Shown here: positions 28,543 to 41,938 of the stretch, piece by piece
Layout: each line of letters starts with the position of its first letter
Position numbering within the stretch: the first letter of the stretch is position 1
Origin: Pedosphaera sp.
GTDB taxonomy: Bacteria > Verrucomicrobiota > Verrucomicrobiia > Limisphaerales > SIBH01
Assembly (NCBI GenBank): GCA_031414955.1
Contig: JANOQV010000132.1
Location: 1-56,948, forward strand
Reading direction: 5' to 3'
Length of the DNA: 56,948 bases
Notes under the pieces: generated by a model
The model's database searches: none
Told to the model about the DNA's origin: nothing
The model's input: only the letters and a program-made list of their open reading frames with translations
Translations under genes and position numbers: made by a program

Positions 28543-29307
28543 GTGCTGCTCTTGCTCGACATTGGAAACACCCACACTCACGCGGCCTGCTGGGAACGAG
28601 GCCGGGTGATAAATCCGGCGGACTGGCCGACCACCGCCTGGGCGCCGGGGAAGATGCTCCCGCTGCTCGCGCGGCAACTGCGCGGCCGTGTTCCCTCCGC
28701 CGTGGCCCTGTGCAGCGTGGTGCCGGCGGCGACCCTCCACGCCCGGCACGCCCTGTTCAAGGCTTGGGGACTCAAACCGTTTCAACTTACCAACCGCTCC
28801 GCGCGTGGCATCGGCATCGACTATCCGAACCCCTCCAGCATCGGCCCCGACCGCCTCGCCAACGCCATCGGCGCCCGCGCCCTCCACGGGACACCCGTCG
28901 TGGTGGTGGGGTTCGGCACGGCCGTGGCCTTCGACATCGTGAACCGCCGGGGCAACTACGTCGGCGGCATCATCGCGCCCGGACTCGCGGCCATGACCAG
29001 CTACCTGCACGAAAAGACCGCGCTGCTCCCGGAGATCAAGATTCGGGAGATCAACTCCATTATCGGCAAGAGCACTGAGCAGGCGATGCTCATCGGCGCG
29101 GTGCATGGCTATCGCGGCTTGATTCGTGAACTGATCCAGAAATTGAAAGTGGAATTGAACTGCGACCACCTGCCCGTCGTCGCCACGGGCGGCTATGCGG
29201 AACTCATGGCCAAACGGCTGCCGGAAATCTCCGCCGTCGATCCGCTGCTGACCTTGAAGGGACTGCGCCTGGCGTGGCAGGTGAACCAGCAAGGGAACAC
29301 CAGATAG
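28543..29307 (+). CDS. coaX: Type III pantothenate kinase
   Basis: LLLDIGNT, CSVVP, IGPDRLAN, FGTA..FD, GGIIAPG, TALLP, GKSTEQAM, ATGG and LTLKGL. GTG start at 28543. Confidence 0.93.
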   Translation: MLLLLDIGNTHTHAACWERGRVINPADWPTTAWAPGKMLPLLARQLRGRVPSAVALCSVVPAATLHARHALFKAWGLKPFQLTNRSARGIGIDYPNPSSIGPDRLANAIGARALHGTPVVVVGFGTAVAFDIVNRRGNYVGGIIAPGLAAMTSYLHEKTALLPEIKIREINSIIGKSTEQAMLIGAVHGYRGLIRELIQKLKVELNCDHLPVVATGGYAELMAKRLPEISAVDPLLTLKGLRLAWQVNQQGNTR

Positions 29308-29402
29308 AAGCGGCGGACAGCCTTGTCCGAAGGCCGCGCCACCGTCGGAAACCCATCCGCTCCGAGGTCCGGCGAACGGCGGACACTGCTGTTCGTGGTT
29401 CC
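29307..29402. repeat. Degenerate REP-like inverted pair (CGGACA..TGTCCG type)
   Basis: GCGGACAGCCTTGTCCG ... CGGACACTGCTGTTCG in the coaX-sigma intergenic region. A similar single unit is at ~52476-52499. Confidence 0.4.
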
Positions 29403-29476
29403 GATGTTCCTAAGCCGCACGCCAGTATTGCACTTCGTCCGCGCCTCGACTATCAACGGCGCAACTCCGACACTGA

Positions 29477-30208
29477 ATGAACACGGGACGCACGGCGCTG
29501 GCGGTTTTTCAAACGACACATTGGACTCTGGTTCTGGAAGCCGCGCATCCGGATGCCTCTTTCGACAACACCGCCTTCGCCGATCTCTATCTCGCCTACT
29601 GGCCTCCGCTTTACGCTTTCGCCCGGCGGCGCGGACTCTCGCCGGTCGAAACCGAGGACGTCATCCAGGATTTCTTCATGCGCCTCGTGAGCAAGCAGGC
29701 GCTCTCCGGCGTGCGGCGTGATGGCGGTCGCTTCCGCTCCTTCCTGCTCAAGTCGCTCGATAATTTCCTGGCCAACGAATGGCAGCGCGCCCAGGCGCAA
29801 AAGCGCGGTGGAGGCCAGCGCCTGCTTTCGCTCGACGTGGAAGAGGGAGAAGCCCGTTTCGCCCTCGATGCACCGGACGGGGAAACTCCCGAATCCATTT
29901 TTGACAAGCGGTGGGCTTTCACCTTGCTCGAACATGTCGCGGAGCGTTTGTGCGATGAGTACGCCGCGGCGGACAAAGCCGTGCTGTTCGATCAACTCCG
30001 CAGCTCGCTGCAAGGCGACCGCTCCGGGCCGGCCTACGCGACCGTCGCCGCGCAGTGCAGGATGAGCGAAGGCGCGGTGAAGGTGGCCGTGCATCGCCTG
30101 CGACAGCGTTATGGCGAACTGCTGCGGCAAGCCATCGCCCGCACCGTGAGCAGTCCTTCGGAAGTGGACGATGAATTGCGCTACTTGATCAGCGTGGTCG
30201 GACGGTGA
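29477..30208 (+). CDS. ECF sigma factor of the Ser/Thr-kinase-associated type
   Basis: FQTTHWTLV, YW.PLY.F.RR.G...TED..QDFF, GRFRSFLL...NFLANEW, KRGGG, region-4 HTH (MSEGAVKVAVHRLRQRY) and EVDDELRYL. The kinase gene follows, and no anti-sigma gene is adjacent. Confidence 0.92.
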   Translation: MNTGRTALAVFQTTHWTLVLEAAHPDASFDNTAFADLYLAYWPPLYAFARRRGLSPVETEDVIQDFFMRLVSKQALSGVRRDGGRFRSFLLKSLDNFLANEWQRAQAQKRGGGQRLLSLDVEEGEARFALDAPDGETPESIFDKRWAFTLLEHVAERLCDEYAAADKAVLFDQLRSSLQGDRSGPAYATVAAQCRMSEGAVKVAVHRLRQRYGELLRQAIARTVSSPSEVDDELRYLISVVGR

Positions 30209-30213
30209 GTTGG

Positions 30214-30284
30214 AAGGTGGAAAGCCTCGCGCTGCGAGGCGAGTTGGCTCCGGCCTCCGTTCGCAGCGCGAACGGGACCACCTT
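30214..30284. repeat. REP-like doublet, GGTGG...TCGCGCTGCGA family (copy 1)
   Basis: AAGGTGGAAAGCCTCGCGCTGCGAGGC ... CCGTTCGCAGCGCGAACGGGACCACCTT. Closely related copies are at 45424-45488 and 45570-45650, with a single unit at 41875-41901. Confidence 0.75.
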
Positions 30285-30297
30285 GCAGCGTGAACTG

Positions 30298-30329
30298 CTG
30301 TAACCTCGCCGCGATTTTCCTTTGGGAAG
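30298..30329 (+). promoter_or_regulatory. Candidate ECF-sigma promoter upstream of the kinase
   Basis: CTGTAACCT-N13-CTTTGGGAAG, ending 3 nt before the kinase ATG. The same boxes and spacing recur at 35231-35262. Confidence 0.6.
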
Positions 30330-30332
30330 CTT

Positions 30333-34994
<4,662 letters not shown>

Positions 34995-35073
34995 GAAATC
35001 CCCGCGGAGAGCCGTCTCTGACTCAACCCGGTTCGCATTTCCAAGTCGAGCGATGGCAAAACTCCGCAGCGCC

Positions 35074-35138
35074 GCGTTCACGCCGCTTCAGCGTGCGAAT
35101 TGCCATGGGGCTTAGGAACGTCGAAGCGGCGTGAACGC
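35074..35138. repeat. REP-like inverted repeat (16-bp arms)
   Basis: GCGTTCACGCCGCTTC ... GAAGCGGCGTGAACGC downstream of the kinase. Confidence 0.7.
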
Positions 35139-35230
35139 CATGCTCCGCTTGGGTGCGACTCCCCGTGCTGCGTTCCCTGGCTCCCTTCCCACTACACGTT
35201 TGAGGTTCAAAGCCGGTGCGGCAACTCTCT

Positions 35231-35262
35231 CTGTAACCTTCCGCCAAAAAATCTTTGGGAAG
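35231..35262 (+). promoter_or_regulatory. Candidate ECF-sigma promoter upstream of the fibre cluster
   Basis: CTGTAACCT-N13-CTTTGGGAAG, 51 nt before the ATG at 35314. The boxes are identical to those at 30298-30329, while the spacer differs. Confidence 0.6.
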
Positions 35263-35313
35263 AGGTGGGACGCGATCTCGATGGGCCAAACAACCTGAGA
35301 AAGAAACTAAACA

Positions 35314-35796
35314 ATGAAACTCTTGCTGATGACTCTCCTCCTGACGCCGCTGCTCGGCGCGGCGCAACCCGTCCTGTTCGGACATGTGATCGCTGGTGGC
35401 GGCGGCACGAGCACGGGCGGCGTCTATCGCGTCCGAGGCACGGCCGGCCAGGCGCAGGCGGCCACCGTCCGCGGCGGCAGCGTTTCGCTCGCCACCGGCT
35501 TCCGCGCGTTGTTCGACATCATGCCGCCGCGGCTGGCCCCGCCGTTGAGCATCGAGCGGATGGAAACGGGCGTGCGGATTTCATGGCCGCTGGCGGCGGG
35601 GGACTTTGTTCTGGAGGAGACCGAATCCCTCGACACGGTACCCGTGGTCTGGACGGTGGCCACGTATCCTCACCAGACCAACGGCACCTGCCTCTTCATC
35701 ATCATGCCGTTTTCGTCCGTGACCAATTCAATGCTCCGCGCCCAGACCGGTGAATTGATAAACATCCCGGCCAAGAAGGTCGTAAAATTCCGGTGA
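35314..35796 (+). CDS. Small secreted Gly-rich protein, paralog of 44622-45086
   Basis: Signal peptide; IAGGGGTSTGGVY.V.GT.GQ; then LSIER...VRISWP....DFVLE.T..L.....W....QTN.T, shared with the 44622 protein. Divergent C-terminus. Confidence 0.75.
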   Translation: MKLLLMTLLLTPLLGAAQPVLFGHVIAGGGGTSTGGVYRVRGTAGQAQAATVRGGSVSLATGFRALFDIMPPRLAPPLSIERMETGVRISWPLAAGDFVLEETESLDTVPVVWTVATYPHQTNGTCLFIIMPFSSVTNSMLRAQTGELINIPAKKVVKFR

Positions 35797-35889
35797 TGAA
35801 TCGTGAAGCAAGGACGCAATGACATGCACACGATTTTTCCCAACAACGAACCTGTTCCGCAGTTCAATTCCAAACTTCCCAACCAAATT

Positions 35890-38289
35890 ATGAAAATAAA
35901 ACTACGTTCCATCCTCGCCGCACTGGCACTCGCGTCGGGCCTCGGTCGAGCCGTCGCCCAAGGCACGGCGTTCACCTATGAAGGCCGGCTGGACTTCGGG
36001 ATTCCCTCCGCCCCCATCCCCGCCACTGGTCTTTATGATTTCCAATTTCGAGTGTACGACGCCGCGACGCTGGGCTTGCCCCAAGGACCGTTGCAGAGCT
36101 TCGTCGCCGTGCCGGTGACCAATGGCCTGTTCACGGTTCGGCTCGATTTCGGCAGCGGCGTGTTCACCGGACCTGCCCGCTGGCTGGATCTCAAGGTGCA
36201 AACGAATGGGGCGGGAGCTTACACGCAACTCACACCCCGCACCGAACTCACGCCCACGCCTTACGCCATCTTCGCCGGGGGTGCCGATGCGGCGGGCATC
36301 AGTGGAATCATTCCCGATGCGCGGCTTTCGGCAAATATCCAGCGACTGGACAGCGGCACCGTGCCGGACGAGCGGTTAAGTCCCAACATCGCCCGGGCCA
36401 ACCAGGTCTGGCTGCTCAACGGCAATGCGGGCACGGATGCCACCACCAATTTCCTGGGCACCACGGACAACCAGCCGCTAGAACTCCGGGCCAACTACGC
36501 CCGCGTGTTCCGGTTTGAGCCGGACCCCGTCAGCCCGAAACTCATCGGCGGATTCAGCGCCAATTACGCGGCGCCCGGCGCGTTTGGATCGGTGATTGGC
36601 GGCGGCGGAAGTGCGCTCCGCAACAACCGGGTCTATGCCTCGTTCGACACGATCAGCGGAGGCGAGGGAAATTTCATTGAGGCCGGCGCCGACCACTCCG
36701 TCATCGCCGGGGGCGAGGTGAACAGAATTCAGGCGGACGCGGACAACTCGACGGTGGCGGGCGGCTACGGGAACATCGTCCAGACCGACGCCGATTACGC
36801 GACCATCGGCGGCGGGTTCATCAATTTCATCCAGGGCCGTGCCGACCACGCCACCATCTCGGGCGGCAGATTGAACACCATCCGCACCAACGCCGAGCAG
36901 GCAACCATCGGCGGCGGTTACTTGAACAGCATTCAGGCGGACGCGCGTTACTCGACGATCAGCGGCGGCGGCGAAAACCTCATTCAGACAAATTCTTCAG
37001 CCGCGACCATCGGGGGCGGCCAGTACAACCTGATCGAGACTAACGCCACCCACACCACCATTGCCGGCGGCCGGCTGAACATCATTCAGTCCGGCGCCTC
37101 TTACGGAACCGTCGGCGGCGGCTTCCAAAACACCATCCAGTCCAACACCCTCTACGCGTCCATCAGCGGCGGCTCTGGTAACAGCATCAATGCCTACGCA
37201 GAATCCGCGACCATTGGTGGCGGCGCGGTCAACACCATCCAAGAAGGATCCGAATTTGCGTCTATTGGCGGTGGCTCGGGCAACGTGATTCAGGCCAATG
37301 CCAGAGGCGGGACAATCGGCGGCGGCGGGGGGAACCACGTCTGGTTGAACGCCGACTACGCCACCGTCAGCGGCGGCTTCGCCAACAACATCCAGTCCGA
37401 CGCGCTCTCGGCCTCCATCGGGGGCGGCCGTTACAACACCATCCAGTCATCCGGCGAGGGCAGCACCGTCAGCGGCGGCATGAGCAACGTCATCCAAAGC
37501 ATCTCCAGATTTTCCACCATCGGCGGCGGGGCCGGGAACAGCATTTTCGACATAGTCTCCACCGCGACCATTGGCGGCGGGCGGATCAACACGATTGAGT
37601 CCCATGCTTCCGAAGCCACCATCGGCGGCGGCACCAACAACCGCGTCCAGACCTACGCCGTGTCCGCGACCATCGGCGGCGGCATGCAAAACACCATCGA
37701 GACCCAGGCCAGCCAGTCCGTGATCAGCGGCGGCCAACTGAACAAAATCCAATCCGGCGCCCGCGGAGCCACCATTGCCGGCGGTGCGAACAACCTCATC
37801 CACACCAATGCCTACTTCGCCTCCATTCCCGGCGGCTGGCACGCCCGTGCCACCCACCAGGGGCAACTGGCCCACGCCAGCGGACGCTTCGCCACCGACG
37901 GCGACGCGCAAACTTCGACCCACATCCTGCGCCGCCAGACCACGGATGCCACGACCACGGACCTGCTCCTCGACGGTTTCACCTCCACCGAGCTTCTGAC
38001 CATTCCGGCCGCGGCCGCCTGGACGTTCGAGGTTCAAATCGTGGGGCGCACCCAAGGCGGACAGACGGCGGGCTACAATCTCCGGGGTGTGATCGAGAAC
38101 GTCGTCGGCGTGACCGCGCTAGTCGGTACCGTGGATGTGGCCATGACCAAAGAGGACGTGGCCGCTTGGAACGCCACCGCCGTGGCCGACAACATCAACG
38201 ATGCGCTGGCCATCCGCGTCACCGGCGTCGCCGCCACCACCATTCGCTGGGTCGCCACCGTGCGCACCACGGAAGTGATCTTCCCGTGA
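35890..38289 (+). CDS. Secreted tail-fibre-like protein 1 (FTYEGR domain, 17-aa xTIGGGxxNxI repeats, phage-type tip domain)
   Basis: Signal peptide ending AVA-Q; AFTYEGRL..G.YDFQF..YDA...V.VTNGLFTV.LDFG..VFTG..RWL....LTPR..LT.TPYA; GNAGT....NFLGTTDNQPLELR; roughly two dozen 17-aa repeats; C-terminal GDAQ...QTTDATT...IRWVATV. Confidence 0.85.
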   Translation: MKIKLRSILAALALASGLGRAVAQGTAFTYEGRLDFGIPSAPIPATGLYDFQFRVYDAATLGLPQGPLQSFVAVPVTNGLFTVRLDFGSGVFTGPARWLDLKVQTNGAGAYTQLTPRTELTPTPYAIFAGGADAAGISGIIPDARLSANIQRLDSGTVPDERLSPNIARANQVWLLNGNAGTDATTNFLGTTDNQPLELRANYARVFRFEPDPVSPKLIGGFSANYAAPGAFGSVIGGGGSALRNNRVYASFDTISGGEGNFIEAGADHSVIAGGEVNRIQADADNSTVAGGYGNIVQTDADYATIGGGFINFIQGRADHATISGGRLNTIRTNAEQATIGGGYLNSIQADARYSTISGGGENLIQTNSSAATIGGGQYNLIETNATHTTIAGGRLNIIQSGASYGTVGGGFQNTIQSNTLYASISGGSGNSINAYAESATIGGGAVNTIQEGSEFASIGGGSGNVIQANARGGTIGGGGGNHVWLNADYATVSGGFANNIQSDALSASIGGGRYNTIQSSGEGSTVSGGMSNVIQSISRFSTIGGGAGNSIFDIVSTATIGGGRINTIESHASEATIGGGTNNRVQTYAVSATIGGGMQNTIETQASQSVISGGQLNKIQSGARGATIAGGANNLIHTNAYFASIPGGWHARATHQGQLAHASGRFATDGDAQTSTHILRRQTTDATTTDLLLDGFTSTELLTIPAAAAWTFEVQIVGRTQGGQTAGYNLRGVIENVVGVTALVGTVDVAMTKEDVAAWNATAVADNINDALAIRVTGVAATTIRWVATVRTTEVIFP

Positions 38290-38591
38290 GCAGGAAAAAT
38301 CTGGAGGCGCATGGTGGAAGCAGGATCGAAATGCGGGTGTGCTTGCGCGGCGAAGCGGCGGCAGAAAGTAGCCCGCCGCGTCGGCCGCAGGATGGTCGGG
38401 CCAGGCTGCCCCAGCCCCAGCAGGGCGAAAGAACCTTCCCCTTTGGAGCACAGGGCGGTCTGTCGCTCCGCTTCGTCCCGGCGGAATGTATCTCCTTCCG
38501 CACGCGGGCCTTTTTTGCTATCCAATCCGTTGTCAACCCACGACTTCGCCCGGCGGCGCGGTTGGAAAGACAAACTGACCAAAACCACAAT

Positions 38592-41500
38592 ATGAAAAAC
38601 TCACTACGTTCCCTACTGGTTCTCACGATCTGGCTCGCGGCCGTAGGTGCCGCTTCCGCCCAATCCACGGCGTTCACTTATCAAGGCCGGCTCACTCAGG
38701 GCGGCAACGCGACCAGCGGGATTTACGATTTGCAGTTCACAATTTTCGGTTCCAGCAGCGGACAGCCGATTGTCTCCGGGCCAGTGGACGTCGGATCCAC
38801 GGTCGTGAGCAACGGCCTGTTCACCGTCACGCTGGATTTTGGGGCCGGCGTGTTCACGGGTTCGGATCGCTGGCTGGAGATCGGTGTGCGGACCAACGGA
38901 GATCCCAATCCATACACCGTGCTCATCCCAAGGCAGAAAATCACGGCTTCGCCGTACGCCATCACGGCCGGCGGTGTGACGGGTGGCGTGTCGGCGGGGC
39001 AACTGACGGGTTTCATCCTGGCGGGGAACATTGCTTCCGGCAGCATCAGCGGCCCCATGCTCGCGGCGGGCAGCGTTCAAGCCGTGCATCTCGCGAGCAA
39101 CAGCGTGACGACGTCAGCCCTGGCCGATGATGCCGTCACGGCGCAGAAAATACGGAGGATTCCGCAGCCCCAGGTGTTCACCAGTGAATTCAGCGGCAGC
39201 TCGTATGGCCGCGCTTTTGCGCCGCTGGATGCGGACTCTTTTCTGGTCGGCCGGTCGGGCACACAGGCGGTTCAGATCGTGAATATTTCCGGCGCGGTAG
39301 AAGCGACGATCACGCCGCTTTCCATCCCGTCTTTTGTCCCCGTGAGCAATACGTTCGGCGCGGCGGTCGCGGCCATCAGTCCCACCGTCATTGCCGTGGG
39401 AGATTCACAGGCAAACTTCGATGTTGGCATGGTGTTCCTGTTCAATAGTTCCGGTTCATACATTCGCTCCATCCCCAACCCTTCCCCCGGTTTAGGCCTA
39501 AATTTTGGAGACAGTGTGGTGGGGGTCGGTCCCACGCAGTTGCTGGTGGCGGCGTCGCCGCCGCTGGGGTTCGGAGCCGCCGGGGCGGCGTATTTATTTT
39601 CGACCAATGGCACCCGGCTCACCACGTTCACTAATCCGGTTCCGTCCTCGAACGGAGTGTTCGGACACGCCCTCGCGGCGCTCAATCCCACCATGGTGGC
39701 CATTGCGGCCCATCGCCAGGATGGGAACTCCGGCGTGGTTTATCTTTTTAACACGAGCGGACAACTTGTGACGACGTTTCACAATCCGTCCCCGGAGCCG
39801 CTGTTGCGCTTTGGCAACTCGCTGGTGGCCGTCGGCCCCGACCGCCTCCTGATCCAGGAAGCCCCGATCGCCGGGATTGCACGTCCGACCAAAGCCTATT
39901 TGTTCAGCACCAACGGCCAGCTTCTGACCGTGCTGACCAATCCGGTGGGAGCGCAGCCGCCCTTCAGCGCCGAGGTCGGGGTGGGCTACCTGGCGCCGGA
40001 CAAATTGATCTTTTCCGCGCCCGCCCAGCAAGTCGGCGCCTGTTATGTCTTCGACACGAATGGCACGGTGCGGACGGTGTTGACCAATCCTCTGCCGATG
40101 GGCGCGGTGGGCTTTGGCACGATCGTCACCGGCCTCGGGTCGAACTACGTGCTCGCCTCCTCGCTCGGTGGCTCCGCGTCCAGTGGTGACGCCTATCTTT
40201 TCGGCCTCGGCGACGACCAGTTTTTCGCGCCGGGATTCGTGCCTGGCTTGGCCGGCGATTCCGTCCGGTTCAACAGCATCCGCACGGAACACATTGTCAA
40301 TGACACGATCACTGCGGAAAAGATCGGGGCCGGGGCGATTGATGCTGATAAAATTGCCGACGGTGCGGTCACGGCGGCCAAGATCGGCGGAGTTCTCGAC
40401 TCCTCGCAAATTCCCGAACTTGCCGCCTCGAAGATCACAACCGGCAAGCTTCTGGACGCTGTGCTCTCCTCCAATGTCGCTTTGCTCAATGCCAGCCAGA
40501 CCTTCGCCAGCACGAACAGTTTTACAAACGCCGCCAACAGTTTTACCGGCAGCTTCACCGGCAACGGCAGCGGCCTGACCGAACTCAATGCCGTAAACAT
40601 CAGCGGCGGCACGCTCTCGGATTTCCGACTCTCGGCCAACGTCGCACGCCTCAACACCATCCAGACCTTCAACGCCGCGAACACCTTCAACAATGCCGCC
40701 AACAGTTTCACCGGCAACGGCAGCGGCCTGACCGCGCTCAATGCCGCGAACATCAGCAGCGGGACGCTCTCGGATTTCCGACTCCCGGCCAATGTCGCCC
40801 TGCTCAACACGGCCCAAACCTTCACCAGCGACAAAACATTTGGCAGCGGCGTGCAACTTCTCGCCGACATCGCTCCAGCCTCCGCTCCGGGCGTCGCGTT
40901 CAACGGAGACGCCGACACGGGGATTTTTCACCCCGCTGCCAACTATCTGGGCCTGGCCACGGGCGGTGCTGAACGTTTACGGGTCACGGATGCGGGTCTC
41001 GTCGGCATTGGCGAAACCTCACCAGGCGCGCGCTTGGATGTGCGGCAAGCCGCCGATCGCGTCGCACAGTTCAATCGCACCGGCGACGATGGCGTGATTG
41101 TGTATTTCCAGCGCGACGGCTTCAACGAGGGCAGCATCACGGTCGCCGGCAACACCGTCATCTATAACGCCTTCACCGGCTCGCATTACGGCTGGACGGA
41201 CGAGAAGATCGAACGGGGAACGCTGGTCTCCATGACGGGGGAGAACCGCCGGCAGCGGCCCGGCCCGGATGGAGAAATCATTTACGGCGTCGCCGCGACG
41301 CAGACGGCAAACGATTCGCGCTGTCTGGGAGCGTATCTCGGATTGGAAGAACCCAATCGCCCGTCCGGCAACGGCAACCCGCATCAAATTATGTCCGTCG
41401 GCAACGGCGAAATGTGGGTGACGGAAAGCAAATCCGGAAACATCCAGCCCGGCGATTTCCTGATCTCCGCCGCCGTGCCGGGCTGCGCGATGAAGGACGA

Positions 41501-41816
41501 TCCGGCGGCCTTCCCCATCGGCCACATCTGCGCGCGGGCCGCCGAGCCGGTGGACTGGAACGACGTGAAGGCGGATGCGCAGGGCGTGAAGCGCGTCAAG
41601 ATTTCCGTCCTCTTCGAGAGCTTCCAGCGCGACAGCCGGGGCGCTCAGTCCACGGCTCTGGCCCAGGCGCAGCAAAAGCGGATTGATGCGCTGGAGACCG
41701 AAGTAAAATCCCTGCGCGCGACCCAAGACCGGCTGGCCCGGCTGGAAGCGCTGCTGGAGAGGAAATCTCCCGTGGCAACCACGCCCGCCGTCGCGAAGAT
41801 CGGAGGCGCGAAGTGA
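38592..41816 (+). CDS. Secreted tail-fibre-like protein 2 (FTYQGR domain, FG-GAP-like propeller, shaft repeats, peptidase G2/IMC-like C-terminus, coiled coil)
   Basis: Signal peptide ending ASA-Q; the same N-terminal domain; ~7 FG.A.A....YLF.T.G.....TNP repeats; FTGNGSGLT.LNA.NI repeats; ERLRVT..G.VGIG...P; FTGSH...GNGEMWV....GNIQPGD.L....PG.AMK; QQKRIDALE coiled coil. Start at ATG 38592. Confidence 0.85.
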   Translation: MKNSLRSLLVLTIWLAAVGAASAQSTAFTYQGRLTQGGNATSGIYDLQFTIFGSSSGQPIVSGPVDVGSTVVSNGLFTVTLDFGAGVFTGSDRWLEIGVRTNGDPNPYTVLIPRQKITASPYAITAGGVTGGVSAGQLTGFILAGNIASGSISGPMLAAGSVQAVHLASNSVTTSALADDAVTAQKIRRIPQPQVFTSEFSGSSYGRAFAPLDADSFLVGRSGTQAVQIVNISGAVEATITPLSIPSFVPVSNTFGAAVAAISPTVIAVGDSQANFDVGMVFLFNSSGSYIRSIPNPSPGLGLNFGDSVVGVGPTQLLVAASPPLGFGAAGAAYLFSTNGTRLTTFTNPVPSSNGVFGHALAALNPTMVAIAAHRQDGNSGVVYLFNTSGQLVTTFHNPSPEPLLRFGNSLVAVGPDRLLIQEAPIAGIARPTKAYLFSTNGQLLTVLTNPVGAQPPFSAEVGVGYLAPDKLIFSAPAQQVGACYVFDTNGTVRTVLTNPLPMGAVGFGTIVTGLGSNYVLASSLGGSASSGDAYLFGLGDDQFFAPGFVPGLAGDSVRFNSIRTEHIVNDTITAEKIGAGAIDADKIADGAVTAAKIGGVLDSSQIPELAASKITTGKLLDAVLSSNVALLNASQTFASTNSFTNAANSFTGSFTGNGSGLTELNAVNISGGTLSDFRLSANVARLNTIQTFNAANTFNNAANSFTGNGSGLTALNAANISSGTLSDFRLPANVALLNTAQTFTSDKTFGSGVQLLADIAPASAPGVAFNGDADTGIFHPAANYLGLATGGAERLRVTDAGLVGIGETSPGARLDVRQAADRVAQFNRTGDDGVIVYFQRDGFNEGSITVAGNTVIYNAFTGSHYGWTDEKIERGTLVSMTGENRRQRPGPDGEIIYGVAATQTANDSRCLGAYLGLEEPNRPSGNGNPHQIMSVGNGEMWVTESKSGNIQPGDFLISAAVPGCAMKDDPAAFPIGHICARAAEPVDWNDVKADAQGVKRVKISVLFESFQRDSRGAQSTALAQAQQKRIDALETEVKSLRATQDRLARLEALLERKSPVATTPAVAKIGGAK

Positions 41817-41938
41817 AAAGCCGCCTTGAGGAAACATCCGGGACGACCCTGAAAAAATTCCGTGAACCGATAGCGGTGGCTCCGGTCGCGCTGCGACCGG
41901 AAGAGCGGCCCAAAAAACAAACTGACCAACATCATCGT

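Noticed and set aside
36580..37850. CRISPR array or DNA tandem repeat (51-nt periodicity)
   Set aside because: The periodicity reflects 17-aa protein repeats with synonymous variation. There are no identical repeats with unique spacers and no cas genes.
38290..38570. Possible riboswitch or ncRNA between fibres 1 and 2
   Set aside because: Some GC-rich hairpins and a U-run are present, but no recognisable riboswitch consensus. It cannot be supported without a covariance search.
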